A stretch of DNA of 40,118 nucleotides from Acidobacteriota bacterium (GCA_004297655.1 SCUN01000192.1:1-40118), one strand, 5' to 3'. Shown: positions 12,506-22,461, counted from the stretch's first letter. Notes: generated by a model not told the origin, from the letters alone. Numbers and translations: made by a program.

Positions 12506-13279
12506 TTGATCACAATCCTGACAGCCGTTGCCACCCATCCGGGCATGCGCCGGGAGGGCAACGAGGACGCGTATTGCGTTCGCGCCGATCTCGGCTTGTA
12601 CCTCGTCGCCGACGGCATGGGCGGCCACGCCGCCGGCGAAGTGGCGTCGCGGCTGGCGACCGAGACGATCGAGGGCGTGATTCGCGACACGCGTAACGCC
12701 GACGTCAACAGCACGTGGCCGATGCCGTTCGACACATCGCTCAGCATCAACGGCAATCGCCTCAAGACGGCGTTTCACATGGCGAACCGCCGTCTCACGT
12801 CGGCCATGGAAGGCGACGAACACCTGCGGGGCATGGCGACGACGGTGGCCGCCATGCTGATTGCGGGCGCGAAGGGCACGATCGCGCACGTCGGGGACAG
12901 CCGCGTGTACCGCCTTCGCGGCGGCGAGCTGTCCGTGCTGACCGAAGATCATTCGTGGGTGAACGAACAGGTGCGCGCCGGCCGGCTGACCGACAACGAC
13001 GCCCGCCGCCACCCCTGGCGCAACGTCGTCACGCGCGCCATCACCGGCGGTGACGATCCGGCGCCTGACGTGCAGGAAGTGCAACTGGCCGCCGGCGATC
13101 GTCTGCTGATCTGTTCCGACGGGCTTTCCTCCGTTGTTTCTCCCGACGAGATCCAGCTGTTACTGGCCGACGGCGCGCCGCCCGAGGCCACGGCGGCGGC
13201 GCTCATTGACGCCGCCAACGAGGCCGGCGGACCGGATAACATCACGGTCGTGATCATCGACGTGGAGTCCGCTGCCTGA
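12506..13279 (+). CDS. PP2C/Stp1-family Ser/Thr protein phosphatase
   Basis: RREGNED, VADGMGGHAAGEVAS, GMATT, HVGDSR, CSDGL, GGPDNITV. Confidence 0.93.
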   Translation: MITILTAVATHPGMRREGNEDAYCVRADLGLYLVADGMGGHAAGEVASRLATETIEGVIRDTRNADVNSTWPMPFDTSLSINGNRLKTAFHMANRRLTSAMEGDEHLRGMATTVAAMLIAGAKGTIAHVGDSRVYRLRGGELSVLTEDHSWVNEQVRAGRLTDNDARRHPWRNVVTRAITGGDDPAPDVQEVQLAAGDRLLICSDGLSSVVSPDEIQLLLADGAPPEATAAALIDAANEAGGPDNITVVIIDVESAA

Positions 13280-14073
13280 TGTGGCAGAACCTCGCTCGGC
13301 TCTTGCGGTACCGAGGGCTGATCCAGAGCCTGGTCTCGCGTGAACTGAAAGCCCGCTACCGCGGATCGGTGCTTGGGTTCTTCTGGTCGTTCGTCAACCC
13401 GCTGCTGCTCATCGGTATCTACTCGTTTGTCTTCGCGACGATCATGAAGACCGACGAAAAGGAAACGAAGCCGTTTGCCGTCTTCATGTTTTGCGGCATC
13501 CTGCCGTGGACGTGGTTCTCGGCATCGCTGCTTGAGGGCTCGGCCTCGCTGATTGCCGGGGGCAACCTCATCAAGAAGGTGTTGTTTCCCGCGGAAGTCC
13601 TCCCGATCGTGGCGGTCTTCTCGAACATGATCCATTTTCTTCTGGGCCTGCCAATCCTGGCGGGGTTCATGATCTACAACTCGCACATGCCCGTGGGCGC
13701 AAACCTCGCGTGGTTTCCGGTGATCGTGCTTGTGCAGCTCGTCTTCACGCTGGGCTGCGTGCTGGTGCTGTCGGCGCTGACGGTGCACTTTCGGGATCTC
13801 CGGGACTTGCTGGCGAATCTGTTGACGCTGTGGTTCTTCGCCACGCCCATCATCTATCCGTACTTCCGCGAGGGCGTGAAGGAGTACTCGGCGATCTTCA
13901 AGCCGAATCCGTTCTTCCATCTCGTGGTGTCCTACCAGGAGAGCCTTTTCTTTCAGGGGCCGCTGGGCCACTGGCCGTCGCTGCTGTTGCTGGGCGGCCT
14001 CTCGATTCTCTTCTTCCTCGCGGCTTACTGGCTGTTTGACCGGCTCCGCGATTCGTTCGCCGAGGTCGTGTAA
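13279..14073 (+). CDS. wzm: Polysaccharide ABC exporter permease (Wzm/RfbA type)
   Basis: RELKARYRGSVLGFFWSFVNP, GILPWTWF, FRDL, FFATPIIYP; ~6 TM. Confidence 0.9.
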   Translation: MWQNLARLLRYRGLIQSLVSRELKARYRGSVLGFFWSFVNPLLLIGIYSFVFATIMKTDEKETKPFAVFMFCGILPWTWFSASLLEGSASLIAGGNLIKKVLFPAEVLPIVAVFSNMIHFLLGLPILAGFMIYNSHMPVGANLAWFPVIVLVQLVFTLGCVLVLSALTVHFRDLRDLLANLLTLWFFATPIIYPYFREGVKEYSAIFKPNPFFHLVVSYQESLFFQGPLGHWPSLLLLGGLSILFFLAAYWLFDRLRDSFAEVV

Positions 14074-15407
14074 TGAAGACCGCGCCGGCGATCGAGCTCG
14101 TTGACGTCACCAAGATCTACCGGCGTTACGGCGGAAAACAGTACGCGACGCTGAAGAGCGCGCTCCTCCAGCGTTCCATCCTTCGGGAAATGAACCCGAA
14201 GGACACGTTCCAGGCGCTGAAGAACGTCTCGTTCAACGTGCCGGCCGGTTCAACGTTCGCGGTGGTCGGCCGAAACGGTTCCGGCAAGAGCACCGCGCTC
14301 AAGCTCGTCGCCGGCATCACGAAGCCGACGAGCGGCACCGTCAGCGTCACCGGCCGGATCTCGGCGCTGATCGAGCTCGGCGCGGGATTTCACCCGGAGA
14401 TTTCCGGCCGAGAGAATGTTTTCATCAACGGCATCATGCTCGGTCTCTCGAAGCGCGAAGTCGCGGAACGCTTCGACGAGATCGTGGAGTTCGCCGAGCT
14501 GAAGGACTTCATCGACGCGCCGGTCAAGACCTACTCGTCCGGCATGTACATGCGGTTGGGCTTTGCCGTGGCGATCCATGTCGACCCCGACGTGCTGCTG
14601 GTCGATGAAGTGCTTGCGGTTGGCGACGAGGGCTTCACGCACAAGTGCCTCGACAAGTTTTCTGAATTCAAGCGACGCGGCAAGACGATCCTGCTCGTCA
14701 CGCACTCGCTCGGTTTGGTCGAGCGGTTCTGCGACGAGGCCATCTGGCTCGATCATGGCGAGAAGCTGGCTGAGGGCGATCCCAAGCGCGTGATCGGCGC
14801 GTACCTGATGGACGTCGAGTCGGCCGAAGAGGGCTATCTCGCGCAGGAAGACGCGAAGGCCAAAGAAGAGGTCGCGGAGGATAAGGGGTCAGTCCCTGAA
14901 GTTCAGGGACAGACCCCATCCGAACCCCAGAACATGTTTCAGGCGAACGAGGGCCGCTGGGGATCCGGGGGCGTGACGATCACCGGCGTGACGCTTCGCG
15001 ACCAGACCGGCGAGGCCGGCCACGTGTTTCACAGCGGCGAGCCAATGTCGATCGAACTGGCCGTGAAGGCCGACAAGCCATGCGACGACTTTGTGTTCGG
15101 CATTGCGATGTTCAACACGGACGGCACCTGCGTGTACGGCACCAATACGGACATCGAGGGGTATGCCGCCGAGTCATTGATCAGCGAGGCGACCGTCAAT
15201 TTCGGGATTGAGGCGCTCGATTTGGTCGAAGGCACTTACAAGCTGGACGTCGCCGTGCATCGCAAGGACGGCGCGCCGTATGACTACCATCGGCTGCTTT
15301 ACACCTTCCGCGTCAAGTCGCGAACGAAGGACGCCGGCATCTACCGGCCGCGCCACCACTGGTCGTTCTCGGAGTCGGCAAGACTCAAGCGCACGACCGA
15401 GAACTAG
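14073..15407 (+). CDS. wzt: Polysaccharide ABC exporter ATPase with C-terminal Wzt_C domain
   Basis: GRNGSGKST, LGAGFHPEISGREN, YSSGMYMRLGF, DEVLAVGD; C-terminal beta domain after RWGSG. Confidence 0.92.
   Translation: MKTAPAIELVDVTKIYRRYGGKQYATLKSALLQRSILREMNPKDTFQALKNVSFNVPAGSTFAVVGRNGSGKSTALKLVAGITKPTSGTVSVTGRISALIELGAGFHPEISGRENVFINGIMLGLSKREVAERFDEIVEFAELKDFIDAPVKTYSSGMYMRLGFAVAIHVDPDVLLVDEVLAVGDEGFTHKCLDKFSEFKRRGKTILLVTHSLGLVERFCDEAIWLDHGEKLAEGDPKRVIGAYLMDVESAEEGYLAQEDAKAKEEVAEDKGSVPEVQGQTPSEPQNMFQANEGRWGSGGVTITGVTLRDQTGEAGHVFHSGEPMSIELAVKADKPCDDFVFGIAMFNTDGTCVYGTNTDIEGYAAESLISEATVNFGIEALDLVEGTYKLDVAVHRKDGAPYDYHRLLYTFRVKSRTKDAGIYRPRHHWSFSESARLKRTTEN
14885..14917. repeat. 33-bp GGGGWCAG-type palindromic element inside wzt linker
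   Basis: GGGGTCAGTCCCTGAA-G-TTCAGGGACAGACCCC, 16-bp arms with one mismatch; encodes about GSVPEVQGQTP. Confidence 0.75.
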
Positions 15408-15416
15408 CGCCTATCC

Positions 15417-15878
15417 ATGACCCTCGACGCCGCCGTTCGCTATGTGAATGACATTCGCCGGCACGGCAAGATCGTCGTGTTCACGAATGGCGTGTTCGAC
15501 TTGCTGCATCCGGGACACGTGCGCTATCTCCAGGCCGCGCGCGCGCTGGGCGACGCGCTCGTCGTCGGCGTGAACTCGGACCGATCGGTGCGCGCCATCA
15601 AAGGACCGAGCCGGCCGATCACGCCCGAGGCCGAGCGCGTCGAGATTCTCTCCGCGCTCGCCTGTGTCGATGCCGCGGCGGTTTTCGATGAGGAGACGCC
15701 GGCGGACATCATCAAGGCCATTCAGCCGGACATTCTCGTGAAGGGCGCCGACTGGGCTGAGGACGCGATTGTGGGTCGAGACACCGTCGAAGCCAGGGGC
15801 GGACGCGTCGTGCGCATGCCGGTTGAAGAAGGCTGGTCGACGTCCAGCATCGTCAAGAGAATCGCCGGTCTAGAATAG
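15417..15878 (+). CDS. rfaE2: D-glycero-beta-D-manno-heptose-1-phosphate adenylyltransferase (RfaE domain II)
   Basis: [49 protein letters not shown]. Confidence 0.92.
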   Translation: MTLDAAVRYVNDIRRHGKIVVFTNGVFDLLHPGHVRYLQAARALGDALVVGVNSDRSVRAIKGPSRPITPEAERVEILSALACVDAAAVFDEETPADIIKAIQPDILVKGADWAEDAIVGRDTVEARGGRVVRMPVEEGWSTSSIVKRIAGLE

Positions 15879-15882
15879 AAGT

Positions 15883-18800
15883 TTGCTCCACCCGTCCGGA
15901 TCGCTCGCCTTCAGATCGCTGCTGAAATCGTCGGCGGCAGGGAGCGGTCTGTCCCGATCCGCCAATTCGATATCCGGCCTGACGCCGCCGGCCGCCGCAT
16001 ATTTCACGGCGATCGCATCGCTCGACGGGCCGGTGTTTCTGGTCGTGCCCGCCGACGTCGACGTCGAGCAGTTTGTCGCCGATACACGGTTCTTCGTCAG
16101 TGCACTTCAAGGACTCAGCGACGCGGCGGCGAGCGAGCAGGTGCGGCCGTTTCCGTCGCAGGAAGTCGATCCCTATCGCGGCCTGACGCCGCATCTCGAA
16201 GTCGCGTCGGCCCGTGCGCGCGCGCTCTTCGCGCTCGCCGCCCGAACCGCGAAGGTCGTGATCGCCTCGTCGAGGGCGCTCATCCCGACGCTCAGCGCGC
16301 CGGAACGATTTGCCTCGGCCGGCGGCTTCCTCCGGCCCGGCGATGAGATCGCGCCCGGCGATCTCGGCGGGCGACTGGCCCGCGCAGGCTTCACGCCCCA
16401 GGATCCAGTGGACGAGCACGGCGAATTCTTCGTGCGCGGCGGCGTTGTCGATATCTATCCAACGTCGGAAGCACAGCCCGTTCGGCTCGAGTTCATCGGC
16501 GACACCATCGAATCGCTTCGACGCTACGACGCGGCGACGCAACGCTCGCTCGTCTCGCTCGATCAGATTCAGATCATCCCGCAGCGCGAACTCGTCGAGG
16601 ACCCGTCGGCTCCCGACGATCCGACCCGGGCGGATCGCAGTTCGCACGTCATCGACTACGTGCGCCTCGCGGGCGCGCAAGTGCTGACGTTCGAACTCGA
16701 CGACATCGACGCGCGCGGCCGCGAGCTGGAAGAGCAGTGGCGGAAGAGCGCAGACGAAGCGATCGGACGCGGCCGCAATGCGCCTCCGCTCGAGCAATTG
16801 GCGCTTCCCTGGGCCACGATCGCTCCCTGGCTTAAGTCCGGTCGCCACATCACGCAATTGGCGCTGGACGACGCCGGCGGCGTGGCGCATGTGTCGTGTC
16901 AGCCGTCGCCCGAATTCAAGGGCCGGATTGCCGAATGGGTCGATGAGATTCGGTCCGCGCGAAGCCGCAACGAGACGGTCGTGTTCGTCGCCGCGTCCAC
17001 CGGCCGCGCCGAGCGCACCATCGAAGTCCTGGCGGACTACGAAATCCGCGCACGCGCAGTCGGGGAGTCGGACGATCTCTTCGCGACGGCCGTGCTCGTC
17101 ACGACGGGGCAGCTCTCGAAGGGGTTCAGGCTTCCGGGTTCAGGGTTCCAGATCTACAGCGAGTCCGATCTCTTCGAAGAAGATCGCCGGGTTCACGAGC
17201 GGCGCAAGTCCGCGACGAGCACCTTCCTCTCCGACTTCCGCGATCTCAAGGTCGGCGATCTGGTCGTTCACGTAGACAACGGCATCGGCCGGTTTGTCGG
17301 ATTGAAGCAGATCGGCGTCGGCGGTCCCGGCTCCGAAGCGCACGAGTTCATGGAGCTGCGCTACGCCGGCGAGGACAAGCTCTTCGTGCCCGTCGAGCGC
17401 CTCGATCTCGTGCAGAAATACACCGGCGGCTCGGCGCCGGCGCTCGACCGTCTGGGCGGCACGACCTGGGAGAAGGCAAAGACGCGCGTCAAGAAAGCGA
17501 TGCGCGACATGGCGGAGGAGCTGCTCAAGCTCTACGCCGCGCGAAAAGCCGCCGGCGGCTACGCCTTCAGCGTTGACACCCACTGGCAGCAGGAGTTCAA
17601 CGACGCGTTCGAGTACGACCTGACGCCCGACCAACAATCGGCGATCGCCGACATCACCCGGGACATGGAATCCGGCATCGCGATGGACCGGCTCCTCTGC
17701 GGCGATGTCGGCTATGGCAAGACGGAGGTGGCGATGCGCGCCGCTTTCAAAGCGGTGATGGACGGCAAGCAAGTCGCGTTTCTGGCGCCGACGACCGTCC
17801 TCGCGTTTCAGCACGAGCGCACGCTGCGAGAGCGATTCGCCGGGTTCCCGGTTCGCATCGACATGGTCAGCCGGTTCCGCTCCAAACAGGAACAAAAGGA
17901 GATCCTCGCCAAACTCGCCGCCGGCCAGCTCGATATCATCGTCGGCACCCACCGGATTCTCTCGAAGGACGTGATCTTCAAGGATCTCGGCCTGCTCGTC
18001 GTCGACGAGGAACAACGATTCGGCGTGACGCACAAGGAGCGCATCAAGCAGATGCGCAAGCGTGTCGATGTGTTGACGATGACCGCGACGCCGATTCCGA
18101 GAACGCTGAATATGTCGTTGGCCGGTATTCGCGACATGTCGGTCATCGAGACGCCGCCGCGGGATCGGCTGTCCATTCAGACGCACGTGGTTCGGTTCGA
18201 TCAGGATGTGATCCAAAAGGCCATTGGCAACGAGCTCGAGCGTGGCGGGCAGGTCTTCTTCGTTCACAACCGAGTCGAGTCGATCTTCTCGATCGCCAAT
18301 CTCATCACGCGCCTGGTGCCGAATGCCCGGGTGGTCGTGGGCCACGGACAGATGGGCGACGATGAGCTGGAACGGGTGATGGTCGATTTCGTCGCGAAGA
18401 AGTTCGACATTCTCGTGGCGACGACGATCATCGAGAACGGCCTCGATATTCCCAACGCGAACACAATCATCGTGAATCGCGCGGATCGATACGGGCTAGC
18501 GCAGCTCTACCAGCTGCGCGGACGCGTCGGCCGGGCCGATCGCCGGGCGTACGCCTACTTGCTCGTGCCGCCCGACGAGGCGCTCTCCCCGGTCGCGCGG
18601 CGCCGCCTGGCCGCGATTCGTGAGTTCAGCGATCTCGGCAGCGGGTTCCGCATTGCCGCGCTCGACCTGGAGATCCGCGGCGCCGGGAATCTCCTGGGTG
18701 GCGAGCAGAGCGGCCACATCGAAGCCGTCGGCTTCGACATGTACATGAAGCTGCTCGAAGACACGATCAAGCAGCTCAAGGGCGAAGACCTCGACGATGA

Positions 18801-19404
18801 GCGCCGCGCGACGGTGAATCTGCGGCTCGACTTCAAGATCGACGACAGCGTGATCAAGGACATGAACCAGCGGTTGTCGGTCTACCGGCGCATGGCCGCG
18901 GTCCGGTCGCTCGAGGAGCTGGATCGCCTGCTGGACGAGCTGCGCGACCGCTATGGCGCGCCATCCGAATCGATTCTGAATCTCGCCGAGTTCGCGCGCG
19001 TGCGCGTCATGGCGGACACCATCGGGCTCGAGAGCATCGAGCGCGAAGGCCAGATCGTGATGCTCAAGTTCCGGCCTGACGCCAAGCTCGATCCGGTCTG
19101 GCTGCTGAACGTCGTGAAGGCGCGCGGCGACCTGCTGCTGCTCCCGCCGGCGATCCTCAAACTCGACCTGGCCCGCCCCTCCGATCCGCCGGAGACGGCC
19201 CCCAGGGCCGTTTCGAGGTCTAAGAAGAGACCGGTGTCGACCACGACGTCCTGGTGGACCGCTCGGGCCAAGGCCGGGGAAGTAACCCCGGGCTTCAGCC
19301 GCGAGGCCATCCTGGCGCCGGGGGCCCTGGATCCACGGGCGGGAGACGGCCTTTTCGAGCGATTGGGCGACATTCTGGACGAGCTGACCCGCGGGGTCCG
19401 CTGA
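15883..19404 (+). CDS. mfd: Transcription-repair coupling factor Mfd
   Basis: RGGVVDIYP, CarD/RID GDLVVHVDNGIG, GDVGYGKTEVAMRA, DEEQRFGV, QLRGRVGR, TRCF C-terminus; TTG start uncertain. Confidence 0.97.
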   Translation: MLHPSGSLAFRSLLKSSAAGSGLSRSANSISGLTPPAAAYFTAIASLDGPVFLVVPADVDVEQFVADTRFFVSALQGLSDAAASEQVRPFPSQEVDPYRGLTPHLEVASARARALFALAARTAKVVIASSRALIPTLSAPERFASAGGFLRPGDEIAPGDLGGRLARAGFTPQDPVDEHGEFFVRGGVVDIYPTSEAQPVRLEFIGDTIESLRRYDAATQRSLVSLDQIQIIPQRELVEDPSAPDDPTRADRSSHVIDYVRLAGAQVLTFELDDIDARGRELEEQWRKSADEAIGRGRNAPPLEQLALPWATIAPWLKSGRHITQLALDDAGGVAHVSCQPSPEFKGRIAEWVDEIRSARSRNETVVFVAASTGRAERTIEVLADYEIRARAVGESDDLFATAVLVTTGQLSKGFRLPGSGFQIYSESDLFEEDRRVHERRKSATSTFLSDFRDLKVGDLVVHVDNGIGRFVGLKQIGVGGPGSEAHEFMELRYAGEDKLFVPVERLDLVQKYTGGSAPALDRLGGTTWEKAKTRVKKAMRDMAEELLKLYAARKAAGGYAFSVDTHWQQEFNDAFEYDLTPDQQSAIADITRDMESGIAMDRLLCGDVGYGKTEVAMRAAFKAVMDGKQVAFLAPTTVLAFQHERTLRERFAGFPVRIDMVSRFRSKQEQKEILAKLAAGQLDIIVGTHRILSKDVIFKDLGLLVVDEEQRFGVTHKERIKQMRKRVDVLTMTATPIPRTLNMSLAGIRDMSVIETPPRDRLSIQTHVVRFDQDVIQKAIGNELERGGQVFFVHNRVESIFSIANLITRLVPNARVVVGHGQMGDDELERVMVDFVAKKFDILVATTIIENGLDIPNANTIIVNRADRYGLAQLYQLRGRVGRADRRAYAYLLVPPDEALSPVARRRLAAIREFSDLGSGFRIAALDLEIRGAGNLLGGEQSGHIEAVGFDMYMKLLEDTIKQLKGEDLDDERRATVNLRLDFKIDDSVIKDMNQRLSVYRRMAAVRSLEELDRLLDELRDRYGAPSESILNLAEFARVRVMADTIGLESIEREGQIVMLKFRPDAKLDPVWLLNVVKARGDLLLLPPAILKLDLARPSDPPETAPRAVSRSKKRPVSTTTSWWTARAKAGEVTPGFSREAILAPGALDPRAGDGLFERLGDILDELTRGVR

Positions 19405-19457
19405 GTGGCGCCGGGTCGCCTTGGCAAGCTAACATATTGACCAGTAGGAACTTACCC

Positions 19458-20558
19458 ATGAAGAGAGCCATGACATTCGCCGCGGCCGTCGCATTGGTCG
19501 CCACCGCGAAGCCCTTCGCACAGACGCAGACACCGGCGCCGGCCCAGACGACCGGCATGATCCTCGAACAGGTTCTGGTGAAGGTGAACGGCGAGATCTT
19601 CACGAAGACCGAACTCGAGTCGCGCCAAATCCAGGCGCTGCGCGAGCAGAACCGGCAGGTGAACAACCCGGCCGACCTCAGGAATGACGAGACGCTCAAG
19701 GCCGCGCTGATCGAAATCACGCCGGCCGTGCTCGTGGATGCCATCGACGAGCTGCTGATCATCCAGCGCGGACGCGAACTCGGACTCACGCCGACGCAGG
19801 CGCAGCTGACCGACGCGGCCGATCGCATCAAGAAGCAGAACAACATCACGACCGACCAGGAATTCCGGGCGGCGCTCGTGCAGTCCGGCATGACCTACGA
19901 AGAATTCGAGAAGAATCTCGAAAAGCAGTACGTCGTGGCGCGCGTGCAGCAGCAGGAAATCATGCCGCGCGTGCAGCTGACCGACGAAGAATCCAAAGAG
20001 TATTACCGCACGCACACCAAGGAATTCGAGAAGCCGGCGACGATCACGATTCGCGACATCTTCATTTCTGTGCCGACGACCACGCAGGGCGGACAACCGG
20101 TGATGAACGTGGCGGCCGACGATGAGATTGCGAAGAAGATTGCTGACGTTCGCGCGCGCGCGCTCAAGGGCGAGGACTTCGCGAAGCTGGTGGCGGAAGT
20201 CTCCGAATCGCCGTCGAAAGCCAATGGCGGGCTGATCGGGCCGATCAATGTCTCGGAGCTGGCGCCGCAAGTGCGCGAGCTCATTGACAAGCTGAAGCCG
20301 GGCGAGATGTCGGAACCGATTCGTACGCCCAACGGGTACCAGTTGATCAAGCTCGAGACGCGCCTGGACGCCGCGCCGGAGCCGTTCGAAGCGGTGCGCG
20401 ACCAGATTGCCGAGAAGGTCGGATCCACCCGCATGGAAGGCGAGCAGAAGAAGTACATTGAGAAGCTGCGCGCGCAGGCGATCATCGAATGGAAGAACGA
20501 CGAACTCAAGAAGCTGTACGAACAGAAGATGGCGGCAAAGTCGCCCGAGCTTCGGTGA
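19458..20558 (+). CDS. SurA/PrsA-like periplasmic peptidyl-prolyl isomerase
   Basis: Signal peptide MKRAMTF...AFA, VKVNGEIFTKTEL, parvulin domain FAKLVAEVSESPSKANGGLIG, EPIRTPNGYQLIK. Confidence 0.9.
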   Translation: MKRAMTFAAAVALVATAKPFAQTQTPAPAQTTGMILEQVLVKVNGEIFTKTELESRQIQALREQNRQVNNPADLRNDETLKAALIEITPAVLVDAIDELLIIQRGRELGLTPTQAQLTDAADRIKKQNNITTDQEFRAALVQSGMTYEEFEKNLEKQYVVARVQQQEIMPRVQLTDEESKEYYRTHTKEFEKPATITIRDIFISVPTTTQGGQPVMNVAADDEIAKKIADVRARALKGEDFAKLVAEVSESPSKANGGLIGPINVSELAPQVRELIDKLKPGEMSEPIRTPNGYQLIKLETRLDAAPEPFEAVRDQIAEKVGSTRMEGEQKKYIEKLRAQAIIEWKNDELKKLYEQKMAAKSPELR

Positions 20559-21043
20559 ACCAGTGGTACGCCGTGTGGACCCGCTCGCGCCACGAGCAGG
20601 TCGTGCGCGAGCAACTGGAACGCAAGGGGATGGATGCGTTCCTGCCCACCGTGACACGGTGGAGCCGATGGAAGGACCGTAAGAAGCAGATCGACTGGCC
20701 GCTCTTCCCCGGCTACTGCTTCGCGAAGTTCTCGCTCGACGATCGCCTGGCGGTGCTGAAGTCGTCCGGAGTGGTCAGCATCGTGTCGTTCAACGGGGAG
20801 CTCGCGCCAATTCCCGAACGTGAGATCGACAGCATCCGCACGCTGATCGAGACGGACCTGCAGTTCGATCCCTGCCCAATGATCAAGGAGGGCATGATGG
20901 TCGAGGTCACGCACGGACCCCTGCGCGGCGTCGTCGGGCGCCTGGTTCGAAAAGGCGCGCACGCCCGGTTGGTACTGGCTGTCGAACTCATCGGGCAGGG
21001 CGTCTCGGTGGAAGTGGACGCGGCGGACGTCAAGCCATACTAG
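20555..21043 (+). CDS. UpxY/LoaP-type NusG-paralog transcription antiterminator
   Basis: WYAVWTRSRHEQ, RWKDRKKQIDWPLFPGYCF, KOW VEVTHGPLRGVVG; GTG start overlaps surA stop. Confidence 0.88.
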   Translation: MNQWYAVWTRSRHEQVVREQLERKGMDAFLPTVTRWSRWKDRKKQIDWPLFPGYCFAKFSLDDRLAVLKSSGVVSIVSFNGELAPIPEREIDSIRTLIETDLQFDPCPMIKEGMMVEVTHGPLRGVVGRLVRKGAHARLVLAVELIGQGVSVEVDAADVKPY

Positions 21044-21113
21044 GGTGCCAAGGTTCCAGAGTTCCAGAGTTCCGGAGTAAGAGTGCCGACGTTCCAGAGG
21101 GCCAGAGTGCGGC
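21044..21113 (+). repeat. Octamer tandem repeat (consensus AGTTCCAG), about 8 degenerate units
   Basis: GGTGCCAA GGTTCCAG AGTTCCAG AGTTCCGG ... AGTGCCGA CGTTCCAG AGGGCCAG fills the whole intergenic gap. Confidence 0.75.
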
Positions 21114-21114
21114 G

Positions 21115-22197
21115 ATGAAGATCGGGAAGATCACACTTGAACATCCGGTTGCGCTCGCGCCAATGGCGGGCATGACAGACACCGCGTTTCGCCGGCTGGT
21201 GAAGCGCCGGGGCGGGTGTGGGCTGGTCGTCACCGAGATGGTGAGCTCTGAAGGACTCGTGCGCGGCATCGATCGCACGCTCGAGTACGCCGAGTACACC
21301 GAGGAAGAACGGCCCGTGTCGATTCAGATTTTCGGCGGCGATCCCATCAAGATGGCGGACGCCGCGCAGATCGTCGAAGGCATGGGCGCCGACATCGTCG
21401 ACATCAACATGGGATGCCCGGTGCCGAAGATCGCGAAACACAATGCCGGCTGCAGCCTGATGCGCGAGCCGTCGCATGCCGCTGACGTCGTTCGCGCGAT
21501 GGCGAAGGCCGTGCGGATTCCGGTGACGGTGAAGATGCGCGCCGGCTGGAACGAGCGCGAAGTCAATGCGCCGCTGCTCGCCAGGATGGTGGAGGACGCG
21601 GGCGCCGCGGCGATCGCGGTGCACGGCCGCACGGCGGCGCAGTCGTACTCGGGAGAATCGGATTGGAGCCTGATCTCGCGCGTGGCGGGCGGCGTCTCGA
21701 TTCCCGTGTTTGGCTCGGGTGACTGTGTCGAGCCGGACCAGATCGTCGACCGGCTTGGGCATCACAACGTGGGCGGCGTGCTGGTCGGGCGCGGCGCGCT
21801 CAGAAACCCGTGGATCTTCCGGCAGGCCGCGGATCTGGCGGCTGGACGAACGGCGGAAGCCGTCACGCTCGAAGAACGCGGCCGGTTCCTCCTCGACTAT
21901 CTCGACCTGCTTCTTAATGAACGCGTCAACGAGGCGGACGGCTTCAGGCACGCCGCGCCGGGATTCACAGGAAGCCAGGAGCCGGCAAAAGGCCGGGCCA
22001 AGTGGGTCATCAATAAGCTCCGGGCGCTGAACTCCTGGTACACGAAGGGCCTTGTCGGCGGCTCGCACCTGCGAGTCGCAATCAACAGTTGCGAGACGAT
22101 CGATAATCTAAGACTGACGATCACTGACTTTTTTGGCATCCAGCCAAAAACAGTCGGCGTCGACGATCATCGTCCTGTCGCAGTTCTCCCAGAATAG
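21115..22197 (+). CDS. dusB: tRNA-dihydrouridine synthase (DusB family)
   Basis: LAPMAGMTD, TEMVS, QIFG, DINMGCP, VTVKMRAGW, VHGRT, GRGALRNPWIF. Confidence 0.93.
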   Translation: MKIGKITLEHPVALAPMAGMTDTAFRRLVKRRGGCGLVVTEMVSSEGLVRGIDRTLEYAEYTEEERPVSIQIFGGDPIKMADAAQIVEGMGADIVDINMGCPVPKIAKHNAGCSLMREPSHAADVVRAMAKAVRIPVTVKMRAGWNEREVNAPLLARMVEDAGAAAIAVHGRTAAQSYSGESDWSLISRVAGGVSIPVFGSGDCVEPDQIVDRLGHHNVGGVLVGRGALRNPWIFRQAADLAAGRTAEAVTLEERGRFLLDYLDLLLNERVNEADGFRHAAPGFTGSQEPAKGRAKWVINKLRALNSWYTKGLVGGSHLRVAINSCETIDNLRLTITDFFGIQPKTVGVDDHRPVAVLPE

Positions 22198-22461
22198 CTG
22201 CCCAAGTCGCTGGTGCAGTGGGTGCTCGAGGTAGGACTTGAGCCCGCCAAGGTCGTCAAATTCAACGACACTGACGTAGGAATAGGTCTGATCACCAACC
22301 TTGGCCTCATAGCCGGCGCCGATCAGTTGCCGGCGGCCGACCATGGACCTGGCGACCGAAGGGATCTGCCTGAACGCCACTTTCATTGCATCCAGGAACG
22401 CCTCACGATCCGCGTCAGTGGTGGTCGCCTTGGGTTCGAACAAGACGACGTGCGCGATCAT
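22108..22461 (-). CDS. Dabb (stress-responsive alpha/beta barrel) protein
   Basis: MIAHVVLF ... IPSV ... VVEFDD ... YLEHPLH; coupled to upstream gene by ATGA overlap. Confidence 0.85.
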   Translation of the reverse strand: MIAHVVLFEPKATTTDADREAFLDAMKVAFRQIPSVARSMVGRRQLIGAGYEAKVGDQTYSYVSVVEFDDLGGLKSYLEHPLHQRLGQLFWENCDRTMIVDADCFWLDAKKVSDRQS

